NCBI GenBank assembly: GCA_958346935.1
Contig: CATVTM010000002.1
Span: 351-64,350, forward strand
DNA: 64,000 nucleotides
Direction of reading: 5' to 3'
Origin: an uncultured Collinsella sp.
GTDB taxonomy: Bacteria; Actinomycetota; Coriobacteriia; Coriobacteriales; Coriobacteriaceae
The translations under genes were made by a program, and so were the position numbers. Positions 39,852-52,248 of this stretch are shown here, piece by piece. Each line of letters opens with the position of its first letter. Positions within the stretch are counted from its first letter, which is position 1. The notes under the pieces are model-generated. The model ran no database searches. It was not told where the DNA came from and worked only from the letters and a program-made list of their open reading frames with translations.

Positions 39852-40514
39852 ATGTCCGAAAAGAGTGCCCTGTTCATGGCGCGCACGACGCGCTTCCACG
39901 AGTTTGCCCGCAGCTTGACGACTACCCTGGGTGTCGAGGTGAGCCTGGCAACCCCTGATTCGCCAACTGCGGCGCACGACTTTGACCTGCTGATTCTCGA
40001 TTCCGATGGCATCCGCAGCGACCGCATCGATCAGATTGCCAAGTGGCTTGACGACCGCGGCGGCGTTCCCATGCTGGTGATCGTCGACGACGAGGCGCTC
40101 GGCACCCTGCGCCTGCCGAATCACGCGCATGCCGACTTTGTATGCCCCACGGCGACGCCCAACGAGCTTAAGGCTCGCGCGCAGCGCCTGATGGGCGAGG
40201 AGGAGACCGTCACCGCCGACGATGTGCTCAACATCGATAACCTCGAGATCAACCTGGCTACCTACCAGGTGACGCTCGATAACGAGCCCATCGACCTGAC
40301 GCTGATGGAGTACTCGCTGCTGAGCTTTTTGGCGACGCACCCCAACCGCGCCTACAGCCGCGAGGTGCTGCTGCACCGCGTGTGGGGCTTTGAGTACTGC
40401 GGCGGCACGCGTACCGTCGACGTGCACATCCGACGCATCCGCTCCAAGGTGGGCCCGCAGATCGCGGCACACATCACCACCGTCCGCGGCGTGGGCTATC
40501 TGTTTAAGGACTAG
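39852..40514 (+). CDS. glnR: GlnR-like orphan OmpR-family regulator
   Basis: VWGFEYCGGTRTVDVHIRRIRSK winged-helix signature; degenerate receiver; no adjacent kinase; follows the GS-like gene. Confidence 0.7.
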   Translation: MSEKSALFMARTTRFHEFARSLTTTLGVEVSLATPDSPTAAHDFDLLILDSDGIRSDRIDQIAKWLDDRGGVPMLVIVDDEALGTLRLPNHAHADFVCPTATPNELKARAQRLMGEEETVTADDVLNIDNLEINLATYQVTLDNEPIDLTLMEYSLLSFLATHPNRAYSREVLLHRVWGFEYCGGTRTVDVHIRRIRSKVGPQIAAHITTVRGVGYLFKD

Positions 40515-40518
40515 ATTT

Positions 40519-40551
40519 CCACCACAAAGGGGACAGGCACCTTTGTGGTGG
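40519..40551. repeat. Palindrome family C (REP-like) copy
   Basis: CCACCACAAAGG-GGACAGGCA-CCTTTGTGGTGG; related copies at 54868, 56458 and 57411. Confidence 0.8.
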
Positions 40552-40722
40552 TTTTGCCGCAGGTGAGGGTTCCTCTCGAATCTGCAACAGAACTTAAGCC
40601 TTCCTAAAAGATTGCGTTCTCATACACGTGCGCCCGCATATTGGGGTACAACTCAACGTGAACAATGATGGCCCGCCACATGTTTGGCGGGCCTTTGGTT
40701 ATTTGACGAAAGGATCGCAGCT

Positions 40723-42183
40723 ATGAGCGAGTACGATTCCCAGCGTCCCCAGGATGCGGGCAACGCCGGCGAGACCCAGCAGCAGCCGCGCGTGCAGGTG
40801 GAGTCGACGCCTGCCGACAGCAACATTCCCTACGTGCAGGCCTACGACACGCAGACCGGAAAGCCGCTGGGCAGCCAGCAGGTTGTAAACAAGCACACAG
40901 TGGTCAAGACCAAGACCAAAAAGCTGCCGATCTTTATTACGGCGCTCGCCGGTTGTGCCTGCGGCGCCCTGCTAGTCATTGCGCTCATCATGAGTGGCAC
41001 GCTCGATATCGGCGGCGGCAAGAACGCCGTGACGGCGGGTGCTTCGGGTTCGTCGACGCAAAAGATTACGATTGATTCCGAGGACACCACGCTGGCCGAG
41101 GCCGTTTCTGCCAAGGCCCTGCCCTCCGTGGTTTCCATCACCGCCACTTCGAGCGGTAGCCAGAATGGCTCACTTTCGCAGTCTGCCGATGAGTCGGACA
41201 ACTCGGGCAGCGTCGGTTCGGGCGTGGTGCTCGATACCGAGGGCCACATCCTCACCAACAACCACGTGGTCGATGGCTATGACCAGTACGTGGTGACCAT
41301 GGACGACGGCACCACCTATGAGGCCGAGTTCGTGGGCAACGACGCCTCGAGCGACCTGGCCGTTATCAAGCTCAAGGACGCCGATGCCTCCAAGCTCACC
41401 CCGATTGAGATCGGCGACTCCTCCAAGCTCAACGTGGGCGAGTGGGTCATGGCGATCGGTTCGCCGTTTGGCAACGAGCAGTCTGTCTCCACGGGCATTG
41501 TGTCGGCGCTGTATCGCTCAACGGCCATGAGCTCTACCAACGGTAACACCATCTATGCCAACATGATCCAGACCGATGCCGCCATCAACCCGGGCAACTC
41601 CGGTGGCGCGCTCGTCAACGACAACGGCGAGCTCGTGGGTATCAACTCGCTCATCGAGAGCTACTCGGGCTCCAGTTCGGGCGTGGGTTTTGCCATTCCC
41701 GTTAACTATGCCAAGAACATTGCCGACCAGATCATCGACGGTAAGACGCCGGTGCATCCGTACATGGGCGCTACGCTTTCGAGCGTCAATGCGCTTAACG
41801 CCCGCACCAACAAGTTGAGCACCGATAGCGGCGCGTATGTGGCGAGCGTCGTTGAGGATGGTCCTGCCGCCAAGGCCGGCATTCAGGAGGGCGACGTCAT
41901 CACCAAGCTGGGCGACGATGAGATTTCGAGCGCCGACGGCCTGATCATCGCGCTGCGCAGCCACGAGGTGGGCGAGAAGGTCGAGATCACGCTCATGCGC
42001 GGCAAGGAAGAGAAGAAGGTCACGGTCGAGCTGGGTTCCGACGAGGAGTTGCAGAACCAGCAGCAGAACGACAGCGCGACCGATACCGGCAACGGCGGTA
42101 TTACCGACGAGCAGCTGCGCCAGTATCTGGAGGAGCTGCTTGGCCAGCAGGGCCAGGGTCAGGGCAACGGCCAGGGTTACTAA
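40723..42183 (+). CDS. htrA: HtrA/DegP-family serine protease with PDZ domain
   Basis: TM anchor, TNNHV, DLAV, QTDAAINPGNSGG, PDZ. Confidence 0.93.
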   Translation: MSEYDSQRPQDAGNAGETQQQPRVQVESTPADSNIPYVQAYDTQTGKPLGSQQVVNKHTVVKTKTKKLPIFITALAGCACGALLVIALIMSGTLDIGGGKNAVTAGASGSSTQKITIDSEDTTLAEAVSAKALPSVVSITATSSGSQNGSLSQSADESDNSGSVGSGVVLDTEGHILTNNHVVDGYDQYVVTMDDGTTYEAEFVGNDASSDLAVIKLKDADASKLTPIEIGDSSKLNVGEWVMAIGSPFGNEQSVSTGIVSALYRSTAMSSTNGNTIYANMIQTDAAINPGNSGGALVNDNGELVGINSLIESYSGSSSGVGFAIPVNYAKNIADQIIDGKTPVHPYMGATLSSVNALNARTNKLSTDSGAYVASVVEDGPAAKAGIQEGDVITKLGDDEISSADGLIIALRSHEVGEKVEITLMRGKEEKKVTVELGSDEELQNQQQNDSATDTGNGGITDEQLRQYLEELLGQQGQGQGNGQGY

Positions 42184-42209
42184 CGAGTCGTATCACACAT
42201 ACCGATGCC

Positions 42210-42251
42210 AGAGGGGGCTGTCCCGCCAACGCGGGACAGCCCCCTCTTTTC
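42210..42251 (+). terminator. Rho-independent terminator after htrA
   Basis: 17-bp perfect stem AGAGGGGGCTGTCCCGC/GCGGGACAGCCCCCTCT plus T-run. Confidence 0.8.
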
Positions 42252-42401
42252 CTATCGATCCGTTGGGGACGGAGGAAAACGGATTGTTTAGAAATTGGCA
42301 AGGGCATGGTTTAATCGCGCGATCCACCCCGGTCCGTCGGTTGCCGATTCGGTGCGGTTTGAGACCGCTATTCGGCCCCATCGTGACCGGTGGTACTCTA
42401 G

Positions 42402-44663
<2,262 letters not shown>

Positions 44664-44682
44664 GGCATTGATAACCAAATTG

Positions 44683-44729
44683 AAGATCCGCCCGGAAGGC
44701 ATAATTGAACTGCCTTCCGGGCGGATCTT
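44683..44729. terminator. Bidirectional terminator hairpin between ligA and merR
   Basis: 19-bp perfect stem AAGATCCGCCCGGAAGGCA/TGCCTTCCGGGCGGATCTT. Confidence 0.75.
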
Positions 44730-45576
44730 ATTTGGACGGGGTAACGGGCACCGTAATCTGCGTCACGTAGGTTGCGGGGTCGTCGCTGATGATGTCGTCG
44801 ATGAGGGCGATCTCGCGCGAGGGACCGGTGGGGGATAGGTTACGCTCGCGCATGTAATCGAGCAAGCGCTCGTAGCGCAGCGCCGCCTGCCCGTGCGTGC
44901 CGCGGAAGCTTACGGTCAGGCAGCGTGCGGCGGGCCGAACTTCGAGATCCCCCAGGTAGTCGTCCGTGTCATCGAGCAGCAGAAAGACCTCGTCGTAGCC
45001 ATCGAAGTCGCCGACGGAAAGGCGCTCGGGCGCGATGCCCACGCCCAAGTTGCCGGGAAAGACGAAGGTCTCGTGCTGCCCTTTTTGCAGCTGACGGATC
45101 TGCCACTCCAGCGCATAGGCGTCGGTAGGGTTGACGCGTTCACGCAGTACGGCGCATCGAAGCTCGGGTGCCTCGGTCTCGCGGATGGTGTCGAGCTCGG
45201 CATTCAAAGCGTCTCGCAACAAGACAAGCCGGTCATCGATCTTGCGCGACACGCGTTCGAGTTCGCGGCGCTTGCGCTCGATGAGCTCCTGCTGCTGGGC
45301 CAGTTGCCGCTGCATCAGATTCACGTCGCGCGTGGCGACAAACTCGCGTATCTGCGCCAATGGCAAGTCAAGAACGCGCAGGTTGCTGATGGTGTTGAGG
45401 GTAGAGAGCTGTCGCACTCCGTAGTAGCGATAGCCGCTCGCGTGGTCGATATGCGCCGGCTCCAGCAAGCCCATCTGCTCGTAATGACGCAGTGTGCCAA
45501 CGCTCAGGTTAAACAGGCGCGCCACCTCGCCAATGCGGAGCAGGCCGTCGTTATGTTCGCTGGATGTTTCGGTCAC
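44728..45576 (-). CDS. MerR-family regulator with GyrI-like effector domain (BmrR-like)
   Basis: IGEVARLFNLSVGTLRHYEQMGLL, SGYRYY; C-terminal FRGTH...RE...TQITVP. Confidence 0.9.
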   Translation of the reverse strand: MTETSSEHNDGLLRIGEVARLFNLSVGTLRHYEQMGLLEPAHIDHASGYRYYGVRQLSTLNTISNLRVLDLPLAQIREFVATRDVNLMQRQLAQQQELIERKRRELERVSRKIDDRLVLLRDALNAELDTIRETEAPELRCAVLRERVNPTDAYALEWQIRQLQKGQHETFVFPGNLGVGIAPERLSVGDFDGYDEVFLLLDDTDDYLGDLEVRPAARCLTVSFRGTHGQAALRYERLLDYMRERNLSPTGPSREIALIDDIISDDPATYVTQITVPVTPSK

Positions 45577-45632
45577 AGGACCGCTCCTTTCGGCAGAAAG
45601 CAGGACGGGGGCGCCAGGCTCGCGTTGCCCCG

Positions 45633-46979
45633 CTACGCTGCCAACTTGTCAAAAGCCCCGCGCCGGTTGAGCACGGTAAACGCGATAACACAGATGACTG
45701 CCGACAAAATCGATCCGCACGGCGAGGCGATGCCCATGGGAAACAGCGTGTCGGAATAGGCGTTCGACAGCAGCCATGCGCCCGGCACGCGAATGAGCGC
45801 CACCGCCAGCACGTTGTGCGCAAAGCCGATGTAGCTCTTGCCGTACGCGGCGAAAAAGCCGCTAAAGCAAATGTGAATGCCGGCAAAGATCGCATCGAAA
45901 ATATAGCTGCGCATATAGCCGGTGCCGGCTGCGACCACTGCGGCGTCCTTGGCAAAAAAGCCGAGAAACGCCGGTGCCACCAACCACATGAGCGCCGTGA
46001 TCAGGCATCCGTACACCACCGAGATGGTCATGGCATCCTTGAGAACTTGACGCGCGCGGTCGCCCTTGCCCGCACCGGCGTTTTGCGCCGTGAGCGCGCT
46101 GACGGTGGCGCCCATGGAGCTCGGCACGATGAACAAAAAGCTGATCATCTTCTCGACCAAGCCCACGGCGGCGGCGTCGACCAGCCCGCGGTGGTTGGCG
46201 ATAACGGTGATGAACATAAACGCTACCTGAATGCAGCCGTCCTGCACGGCCACGGGCACGCCAATCTTAAGGATGCTGCCGAGCACCTCGGGCTGGGGGC
46301 GCAGGTCGCTGCGCTTAACGTGGATGTTTGTGCGACGGCTCTTGAGCCACACGAGCGCGAGGGCAACGCTGGCCGTCTGCGCGGTCACCGTGCCGAGCGC
46401 TGCGCCCACGGGGCCGAGCCCCATGTGGCCGATAAACAGAAAATCGAGCGCGATGTTGATGATGCACGCCACGCCGATCACGTACATGGGCGAGCGCGAA
46501 TCGCCCAGCCCGCGAAAGATGGCCGAGAGGATGTTGTACGCGGCGATAAAGGGAATGCCGATAAAGCAGATATGCAGGTAGGCGGCAGTGCCTTCGACCG
46601 CTTCGGCCGGCGTGCCAATGAGTGCCACAATCTGCGGACACAGTGCGAGCAGGATAGCGGCCAGCACCACCGAGACACCCATAAAGAGCGTGATGGTGTT
46701 GCCGATGGCTGCCTCGGCGCGATCGAAGCGGCGCGAGCCCACGGCGTGGCCGACGATGACCGTCGTTCCCATGGCCAGGCCCACGAGCGTCACGGTAATG
46801 ATATAGAGCGTCTGCGCGCCATTGCCCACGGCGGTGATGCCGGCGGCACCGCTAAACTGTCCGATAAAGTACAGGTCGGCCATGCCGTAGAGCATCTGCA
46901 AAAAGTACGAGAGCATATAGGGCAGGGCGAAAACCGCGATGGTCTTGAGGACATTACCGCGTGTGAGGTCGTGTTCCAT
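45633..46979 (-). CDS. MATE family efflux transporter
   Basis: 12 TM, LYGMADLYFIG, RGLGDSRSP, GAALGT. Confidence 0.92.
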   Translation of the reverse strand: MEHDLTRGNVLKTIAVFALPYMLSYFLQMLYGMADLYFIGQFSGAAGITAVGNGAQTLYIITVTLVGLAMGTTVIVGHAVGSRRFDRAEAAIGNTITLFMGVSVVLAAILLALCPQIVALIGTPAEAVEGTAAYLHICFIGIPFIAAYNILSAIFRGLGDSRSPMYVIGVACIINIALDFLFIGHMGLGPVGAALGTVTAQTASVALALVWLKSRRTNIHVKRSDLRPQPEVLGSILKIGVPVAVQDGCIQVAFMFITVIANHRGLVDAAAVGLVEKMISFLFIVPSSMGATVSALTAQNAGAGKGDRARQVLKDAMTISVVYGCLITALMWLVAPAFLGFFAKDAAVVAAGTGYMRSYIFDAIFAGIHICFSGFFAAYGKSYIGFAHNVLAVALIRVPGAWLLSNAYSDTLFPMGIASPCGSILSAVICVIAFTVLNRRGAFDKLAA

Positions 46980-47020
46980 GGGCGGGCGCTTTCTGGCTTG
47001 GTTCGTTTGCGTACCAGTGT

Positions 47021-47051
47021 AGTGAAAACCCTACAACGATTGTAGAGTCAA
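47021..47051 (-). promoter_or_regulatory. MerR-type promoter/operator for the MATE-merR operon
   Basis: Minus strand TTGACT-19 bp-TTCACT with palindrome CTACAA-N3-TTGTAG in the spacer. Confidence 0.7.
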
Positions 47052-47239
47052 GGTTTATGTTGGCGGTGGGGTGAAAAAATCGCGCCTTCAATCATTTCCA
47101 TTTAAATACGGTCACGCGCCGTGCGGGCTTAGTGCCTGCGCCGGCCTTATAGAAATCGATTTCGGAACACTTGACACTATCGCTCGGCGCGCAATAATAC
47201 GTGCGTTTGCGAACAACGTTTGATGGGGGATGAACCTGC

Positions 47240-49069
47240 GTGCGCAATCTCAAAATACTGTGTTCCTATTTGGGAGAATACCGTCGCGATGCCATACTCG
47301 GCGTGATGTTCGTCTCGGTCGAGACCGCGCTTGAGCTGTTTATCCCGGTCATCATGGCGAACATCATCGACGTGGGCGTGCCCACGGGCGACGTCAATTA
47401 CATGCTGCTGCAGGGCGCGTTCATGATCGTGTGCGCCGCGTTTTCGCTGGTACTGGGTTTGGGTTACGCGCGCACGTCCGCCCGTGTCGCATCGGGCCTG
47501 GGCGCTAACCTGCGCGAGGCCGAGTATCGCAAGATCCAGACGCTCGCCTTTGGCAACCTGGACAACTACGACGCCAGCTCGCTCGTCACGCGCATGACCA
47601 CCGACATCACCGTCATCCAAAACGCCATCGGCAACGGCTTTCGCCCCATGGTGCGCGGACCGGTGACGCTCATCGTCGGTCTGGTTTATGCCTTGGTGTT
47701 GTCGCGCCCGCTCGCCACGGTCTTCGCGATTATCCTGCCCGTGCTGGCGATTGTGCTGGGCGTCATCACCTACCGCGTGAGCCCGCTCTACCGCCAGCTG
47801 CAGACCTCGATGGACCACCTCAACGGCGTGGTGCAAGAGGACCTCACCGCCGTGCGCGCCGTTAAAGCGTACGTGCGCGCCGAGCACGAGGAGGCCAAGT
47901 TCGACACCGTCAATACCGAGCTCGCGCACACGGCGACGAAGACCTTCGGCAACGCCGTGCTCAATCTGCCGGTGTTTCAGCTGTCGATGTACGTGGCCGC
48001 CATCTCCATCCTGTGGATCGGCGGGCGCATGATTATCGCCGGCGAGCTGGGCGTTGGCTCGCTCACGGGCTTTATGAGCTACGTGCTGCTGATCATGAAC
48101 TCGCTCATGATGATCTCTAACGTATTTTTGCTGCTCACGCGCGCGCTCGCCAGCGTGGAGCGCATTTCGCGCGTGATCGACGAGCAATCGCTCATCCAGG
48201 CCCCCGCGGCAGACGCGGCCGTGCGTGAAGTGGCCGACGGAAGTGTCGAGTTCCGCGACGTGTCGTTTAAGTACCGCGCGGATGCTGCCGAGGACGTGCT
48301 CGAGCATATCGACCTTCGTATTGAGCCGGGCTCCACGGTGGGCGTGCTCGGCGGCACGGGCTCGGGCAAGAGCTCGCTCGTGCAGCTCATCGCGCGCCTG
48401 TACGACGCGACCGAGGGCGCCGTGCTCGTGGGTGGGCGCGATGTGCGCGACTACGACCTGACCGCCCTGCGCGACGCCGTGGGCATTGTGCTGCAAAAGA
48501 ACGTGCTGTTCACGGGCACCGTGCGCGAGAACCTGCAGTGGGGCGCGCCCGACGCCACCGACGAGGAGCTGCTGCGTGCCTGCCGCGCGGCGTGTGTGGA
48601 CGAGTTCCTGGACCGCATCGGCGGGCTGGACGGCGAGCTGGGCCAAGGCGGTGCCGGTGTTTCGGGCGGGCAGAAGCAGCGCCTGTGCATCGCGCGCACA
48701 CTACTCAAGCATCCGCGCGTGCTCATTTTTGACGACTCCACCAGCGCGGTCGATATGGCGACCGACGCCAAGATCCGCGAGCACATCGCGCAGATTCCCG
48801 ATACGACCGTGATCATCATCGCCCAGCGCATCGCGAGCGTGATGGATGCCGATCGCATTGTGGTGCTGGACGACGGGCGTGTCCATGGCGTGGGCACGCA
48901 CGAGGAGCTACTGGCGGATGACAACATCTACCAGGAGATTTACGCCTCGCAGATGGAGTTCGCGGGGGATGCGGACGATGCCGACGACGCCGACGGCGCG
49001 GATGACCCGTTTTCCTCCGTCCCCGGCGGATCATTTCGAGCCACGGAAGAAGGTGAGCGCCATGCCTAA
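47240..49069 (+). CDS. Heterodimeric ABC exporter subunit (TMD-NBD, degenerate site)
   Basis: GGTGSGKS, VSGGQKQ, DDSTSA (no catalytic Glu), AQR switch. Confidence 0.9.
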   Translation: MRNLKILCSYLGEYRRDAILGVMFVSVETALELFIPVIMANIIDVGVPTGDVNYMLLQGAFMIVCAAFSLVLGLGYARTSARVASGLGANLREAEYRKIQTLAFGNLDNYDASSLVTRMTTDITVIQNAIGNGFRPMVRGPVTLIVGLVYALVLSRPLATVFAIILPVLAIVLGVITYRVSPLYRQLQTSMDHLNGVVQEDLTAVRAVKAYVRAEHEEAKFDTVNTELAHTATKTFGNAVLNLPVFQLSMYVAAISILWIGGRMIIAGELGVGSLTGFMSYVLLIMNSLMMISNVFLLLTRALASVERISRVIDEQSLIQAPAADAAVREVADGSVEFRDVSFKYRADAAEDVLEHIDLRIEPGSTVGVLGGTGSGKSSLVQLIARLYDATEGAVLVGGRDVRDYDLTALRDAVGIVLQKNVLFTGTVRENLQWGAPDATDEELLRACRAACVDEFLDRIGGLDGELGQGGAGVSGGQKQRLCIARTLLKHPRVLIFDDSTSAVDMATDAKIREHIAQIPDTTVIIIAQRIASVMDADRIVVLDDGRVHGVGTHEELLADDNIYQEIYASQMEFAGDADDADDADGADDPFSSVPGGSFRATEEGERHA

Positions 49070-50960
49070 GACATCCGCTCAGGCCCGCCCGGCCAATCTG
49101 GGGCAGACGCTCCGTCGCCTGCTCAGCTACATGGGTCACGCCAAGTTCTCGCTGCTCGCGGTAGGCGTGCTCGCCTCTATCGCCGCCATCGCGAGCCTCG
49201 CCGGCACCTATATGGTGCGCCCCATCGTCAACGGCCTGGCCACGGGCGGGGAGGAGCTGCTCACCAAGCAGGTTCTCTTTACGGCCGCCATCTACGCCGC
49301 GGGTGTGCTCTCGGCCCTGGGCTATTCGCAGATTATGGTGCGCGCGGCCCAACGTGTGGTGTCCGACATCCGCCGCGACCTGTTCGCACATATCCAGACG
49401 CTGCCGCTCAGCTATTTCGATAGCACGCGCTCGGGCGACATCATGAGCTTCTTCACCAACGACGTCGACACCGTCTCCGAGGCACTCAACAACAGCTTTG
49501 CCAACGTGATTCAGGCGACCATCCAGGTGATTGGCACCACGGCCATGCTCATCATCCTCAACTGGCAGCTCACGATCATCACGCTCGTGTGCGACGCGGC
49601 CATTGTGCTGTACGCGCGCTACTCGGGCATTCGCTCCAAGCGCTTCTTTGCCGCTCAGCAGGCGTCGCTTGGCGACTTGGACGGATATGTCGAGGAGATG
49701 GTCTCGGGTCAAAAGGTCATCAAGGTCTTTAACCACGAGCAGGCTAACGTTGCCGGTTTTGACGCGCGCAACCAGGAGCTGCGCCGCACCGGTGGCGCCG
49801 CGCAGGCCTATGCCAACTCGATGGTGCCCATGACCGTGGTGATCGGGTATGCCAACTACGCCATCGTTGCGGTGGCGGGCGGCATGCTCTGCATCAACGG
49901 CCTGGCCGACGTGGGCGCGCTCGCGAGCTACTTGGTCTTTGTGCGCCAAGCGGCCATGCCTATCAACCAGTTTACGCAGCTGGGCAATTTCTTGCTCAAC
50001 GCGCTGGCGGGTGCCGAGCGCCTGTTTGCCGCGATGGACCTTAAGCCCGAGGTGGACGAGGGCTGCGTGGAGCTGGTGCAGACGGGCGACGCCGCGTGGG
50101 CGTGGAAGATTCCCGAGGGCCGTGGCGTGGGCACGTACGGGCATCTGCACGACGTGGCCTCGGTCGATGATGCGGGTCGCGCGGTGGCGGCCGACGGCAC
50201 CGAGCTTGTCACCGGTTTGGTGCCGCTTGCCGGCGACGTGCGCTTCCATGCCGTGGACTTTTCCTACGTGCCGGGTACGCGCGTGCTCACGGACCTCAAC
50301 CTGTTTGCCAAGCCGGGGCAAAAGATCGCCTTTGTGGGTTCGACGGGCGCCGGAAAGACGACCATCACCAACCTTATCAACCGCTTCTACGAGGTCGATG
50401 ACGGCGAGATCACGTACGACGGCATCGACGTCAAGCACATCGCCAAGGCCAGCCTGCGCGGGTCGCTCGGCATTGTGCTGCAGGATACGCACCTGTTTAG
50501 CGGCACCATTGCGCAGAACATTCGCTTTGGCAAACTCGACGCGACCGACGAGGAAGTGCGCGCCGCCGCCGAGGCCGCCTGCGCCGACTCGTTTATCCGC
50601 CGCCTGCCGCAAGGCTACGACACACCGGTGACCGCGGACGGCGCCAACCTGAGCCAGGGCCAACGCCAGTTACTCGCCATCGCGCGCGTGGCCGTGGCCG
50701 ATCCACCGGTGCTCATCCTGGACGAGGCGACAAGCTCCATCGACACACGCACCGAAAAGCTCATCGAGCGCGGCATGGACCGCATCATGCGCGGCCGCAC
50801 CACGTTTATGATCGCGCACCGCCTGTCCACCGTTCGCGACGCCGACGCGATCATGGTCCTCGAGCACGGCCGCATCATCGAGCGCGGCACCCACGAGGAG
50901 CTCCTCGCCCAGCACGGCGAGTACTGGCAGCTGGCGCACGGCTTAAAGGAGCTGGATTAA
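49062..50960 (+). CDS. Heterodimeric ABC exporter subunit (TMD-NBD, consensus site)
   Basis: GSTGAGKT, LSQGQRQ, DEATS, AHRL. Confidence 0.9.
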   Translation: MPKTSAQARPANLGQTLRRLLSYMGHAKFSLLAVGVLASIAAIASLAGTYMVRPIVNGLATGGEELLTKQVLFTAAIYAAGVLSALGYSQIMVRAAQRVVSDIRRDLFAHIQTLPLSYFDSTRSGDIMSFFTNDVDTVSEALNNSFANVIQATIQVIGTTAMLIILNWQLTIITLVCDAAIVLYARYSGIRSKRFFAAQQASLGDLDGYVEEMVSGQKVIKVFNHEQANVAGFDARNQELRRTGGAAQAYANSMVPMTVVIGYANYAIVAVAGGMLCINGLADVGALASYLVFVRQAAMPINQFTQLGNFLLNALAGAERLFAAMDLKPEVDEGCVELVQTGDAAWAWKIPEGRGVGTYGHLHDVASVDDAGRAVAADGTELVTGLVPLAGDVRFHAVDFSYVPGTRVLTDLNLFAKPGQKIAFVGSTGAGKTTITNLINRFYEVDDGEITYDGIDVKHIAKASLRGSLGIVLQDTHLFSGTIAQNIRFGKLDATDEEVRAAAEAACADSFIRRLPQGYDTPVTADGANLSQGQRQLLAIARVAVADPPVLILDEATSSIDTRTEKLIERGMDRIMRGRTTFMIAHRLSTVRDADAIMVLEHGRIIERGTHEELLAQHGEYWQLAHGLKELD

Positions 50961-51008
50961 CCCGTTCGGGCACGGTGCTTTGGCCCTCCATGCTCCTCAC
51001 CCCGCCTC

Positions 51009-51073
51009 AAACCGTCCCAACATTCGACGTTTTTTACCAATATCAGGAAAAGCATCGAATGTTGGGACGGTTT
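51009..51073. repeat. Palindrome family B, copy 1 (19-bp arms, 27-nt spacer)
   Basis: AAACCGTCCCAACATTCGA / TCGAATGTTGGGACGGTTT. Confidence 0.92.
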
Positions 51074-51173
51074 TTCTGTCATCCGATCGGGTGGAATCGC
51101 TAACTTGCATGCGAAGGTGTGCGAATCCGCGAGCAGGGGAATAAGGTTGGTTATCCGACCCATTGGAGGGCTC

Positions 51174-52211
51174 ATGGACTTGCCGATCGTCCTGTCCCAT
51201 AAGACTGCCTGGCTGTACCACAACGTGGTGCGCCCGTCCGAGCCTCTTTCGCGAGCAAGCAGCCTATACGATGAGGACTCGATTGCCGACGAGGCGGAGT
51301 CGACCGCGGGCCTGCTCAAATTGGGGCTAGATGCCAAGGGGCTGAGAATATCTGCGGCGGTCGAGATTGTTGCCGACTACCTGGTCTCGCTTGGTATTCC
51401 TCAAGAGGAACTCGACCGTATTGACACGCTGGTTAGCTTCGATTTTGAACGCTCTCGACCGGCGGGTCTTCGACGCCATGTGTTTGGGGCGCCCATACCC
51501 TCGGATCATCTTATCGAGGTAGCAGAAGGCCTTCTGGTGGTTGATGAGGCCATGTGCTTTGTCCAGGCAGGTTCGTGGATGAGTGAGCCCGAGCAGCTGG
51601 AATATGGGTATGAAATCTGCGCCCGATACCATTTGAATCATTTGTCGTCAGGCGATTATATCGAGATGGGGCAGAGGTATACCGTTGCCGACTTGATCGC
51701 TTATTGCGATGAGAATCGATCTCGTCAGGGGGCTACACGCGCGGCTGCCGTGCTCAAACGCGTGCACGATGGCGCGCGGTCGCCCATGGAGACGGCCACC
51801 GCAATCATGGTCGTCGCGAAGCGTTCCCAGGGCGGGCTCGGGTACACCAGGGTTGAGCTTAACCATCGGGTCGATGTTCCCAACGAGTTCAAATATCTCG
51901 CTAAGGCCGGGTATTTCGAGATCGATGTATATGCACCTGCGAGCGGTACGGGGATTGAGTACAACGGCTCGGACCATCTCGATAAACAGCGCAGTGCGTC
52001 GGACGCGGAGCGTATGACCGTGCTGAGCGCGCTGGGCTTTAGGATGATCGTCCTCACCGGGACTCAGTTTGCCAACCGGCTGCAATTGCATCGGGCGATG
52101 AATGCCATTGCGCTCGCTATGGGTCTCAAATGCGATCGAAGCGAAGCGTTCCAGAAACGGCAGAATGACCTGAGGGAATTCGTGATTCGCCACTGGAACG
52201 GCGGCCTCTAG
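51174..52211 (+). CDS. Hypothetical protein with a C-terminal DUF559/Vsr-like (restriction-fold) nuclease domain and AbiEi-like N-terminal region
   Basis: SHKTA N-terminus, ARSPMET, EIDV...IEYNGSDH...DAER...LG motifs; RBS GGAGGG. Confidence 0.6.
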   Translation: MDLPIVLSHKTAWLYHNVVRPSEPLSRASSLYDEDSIADEAESTAGLLKLGLDAKGLRISAAVEIVADYLVSLGIPQEELDRIDTLVSFDFERSRPAGLRRHVFGAPIPSDHLIEVAEGLLVVDEAMCFVQAGSWMSEPEQLEYGYEICARYHLNHLSSGDYIEMGQRYTVADLIAYCDENRSRQGATRAAAVLKRVHDGARSPMETATAIMVVAKRSQGGLGYTRVELNHRVDVPNEFKYLAKAGYFEIDVYAPASGTGIEYNGSDHLDKQRSASDAERMTVLSALGFRMIVLTGTQFANRLQLHRAMNAIALAMGLKCDRSEAFQKRQNDLREFVIRHWNGGL

Positions 52212-52248
52212 GGGCGTCTAGCTCGTCTTTCGAGCTCTGCGAACACCT

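Noticed and set aside
47240..49069. Missing catalytic Glu and His in the first ABC subunit as a defect
   Set aside because: This is the normal degenerate site of heterodimeric exporters.
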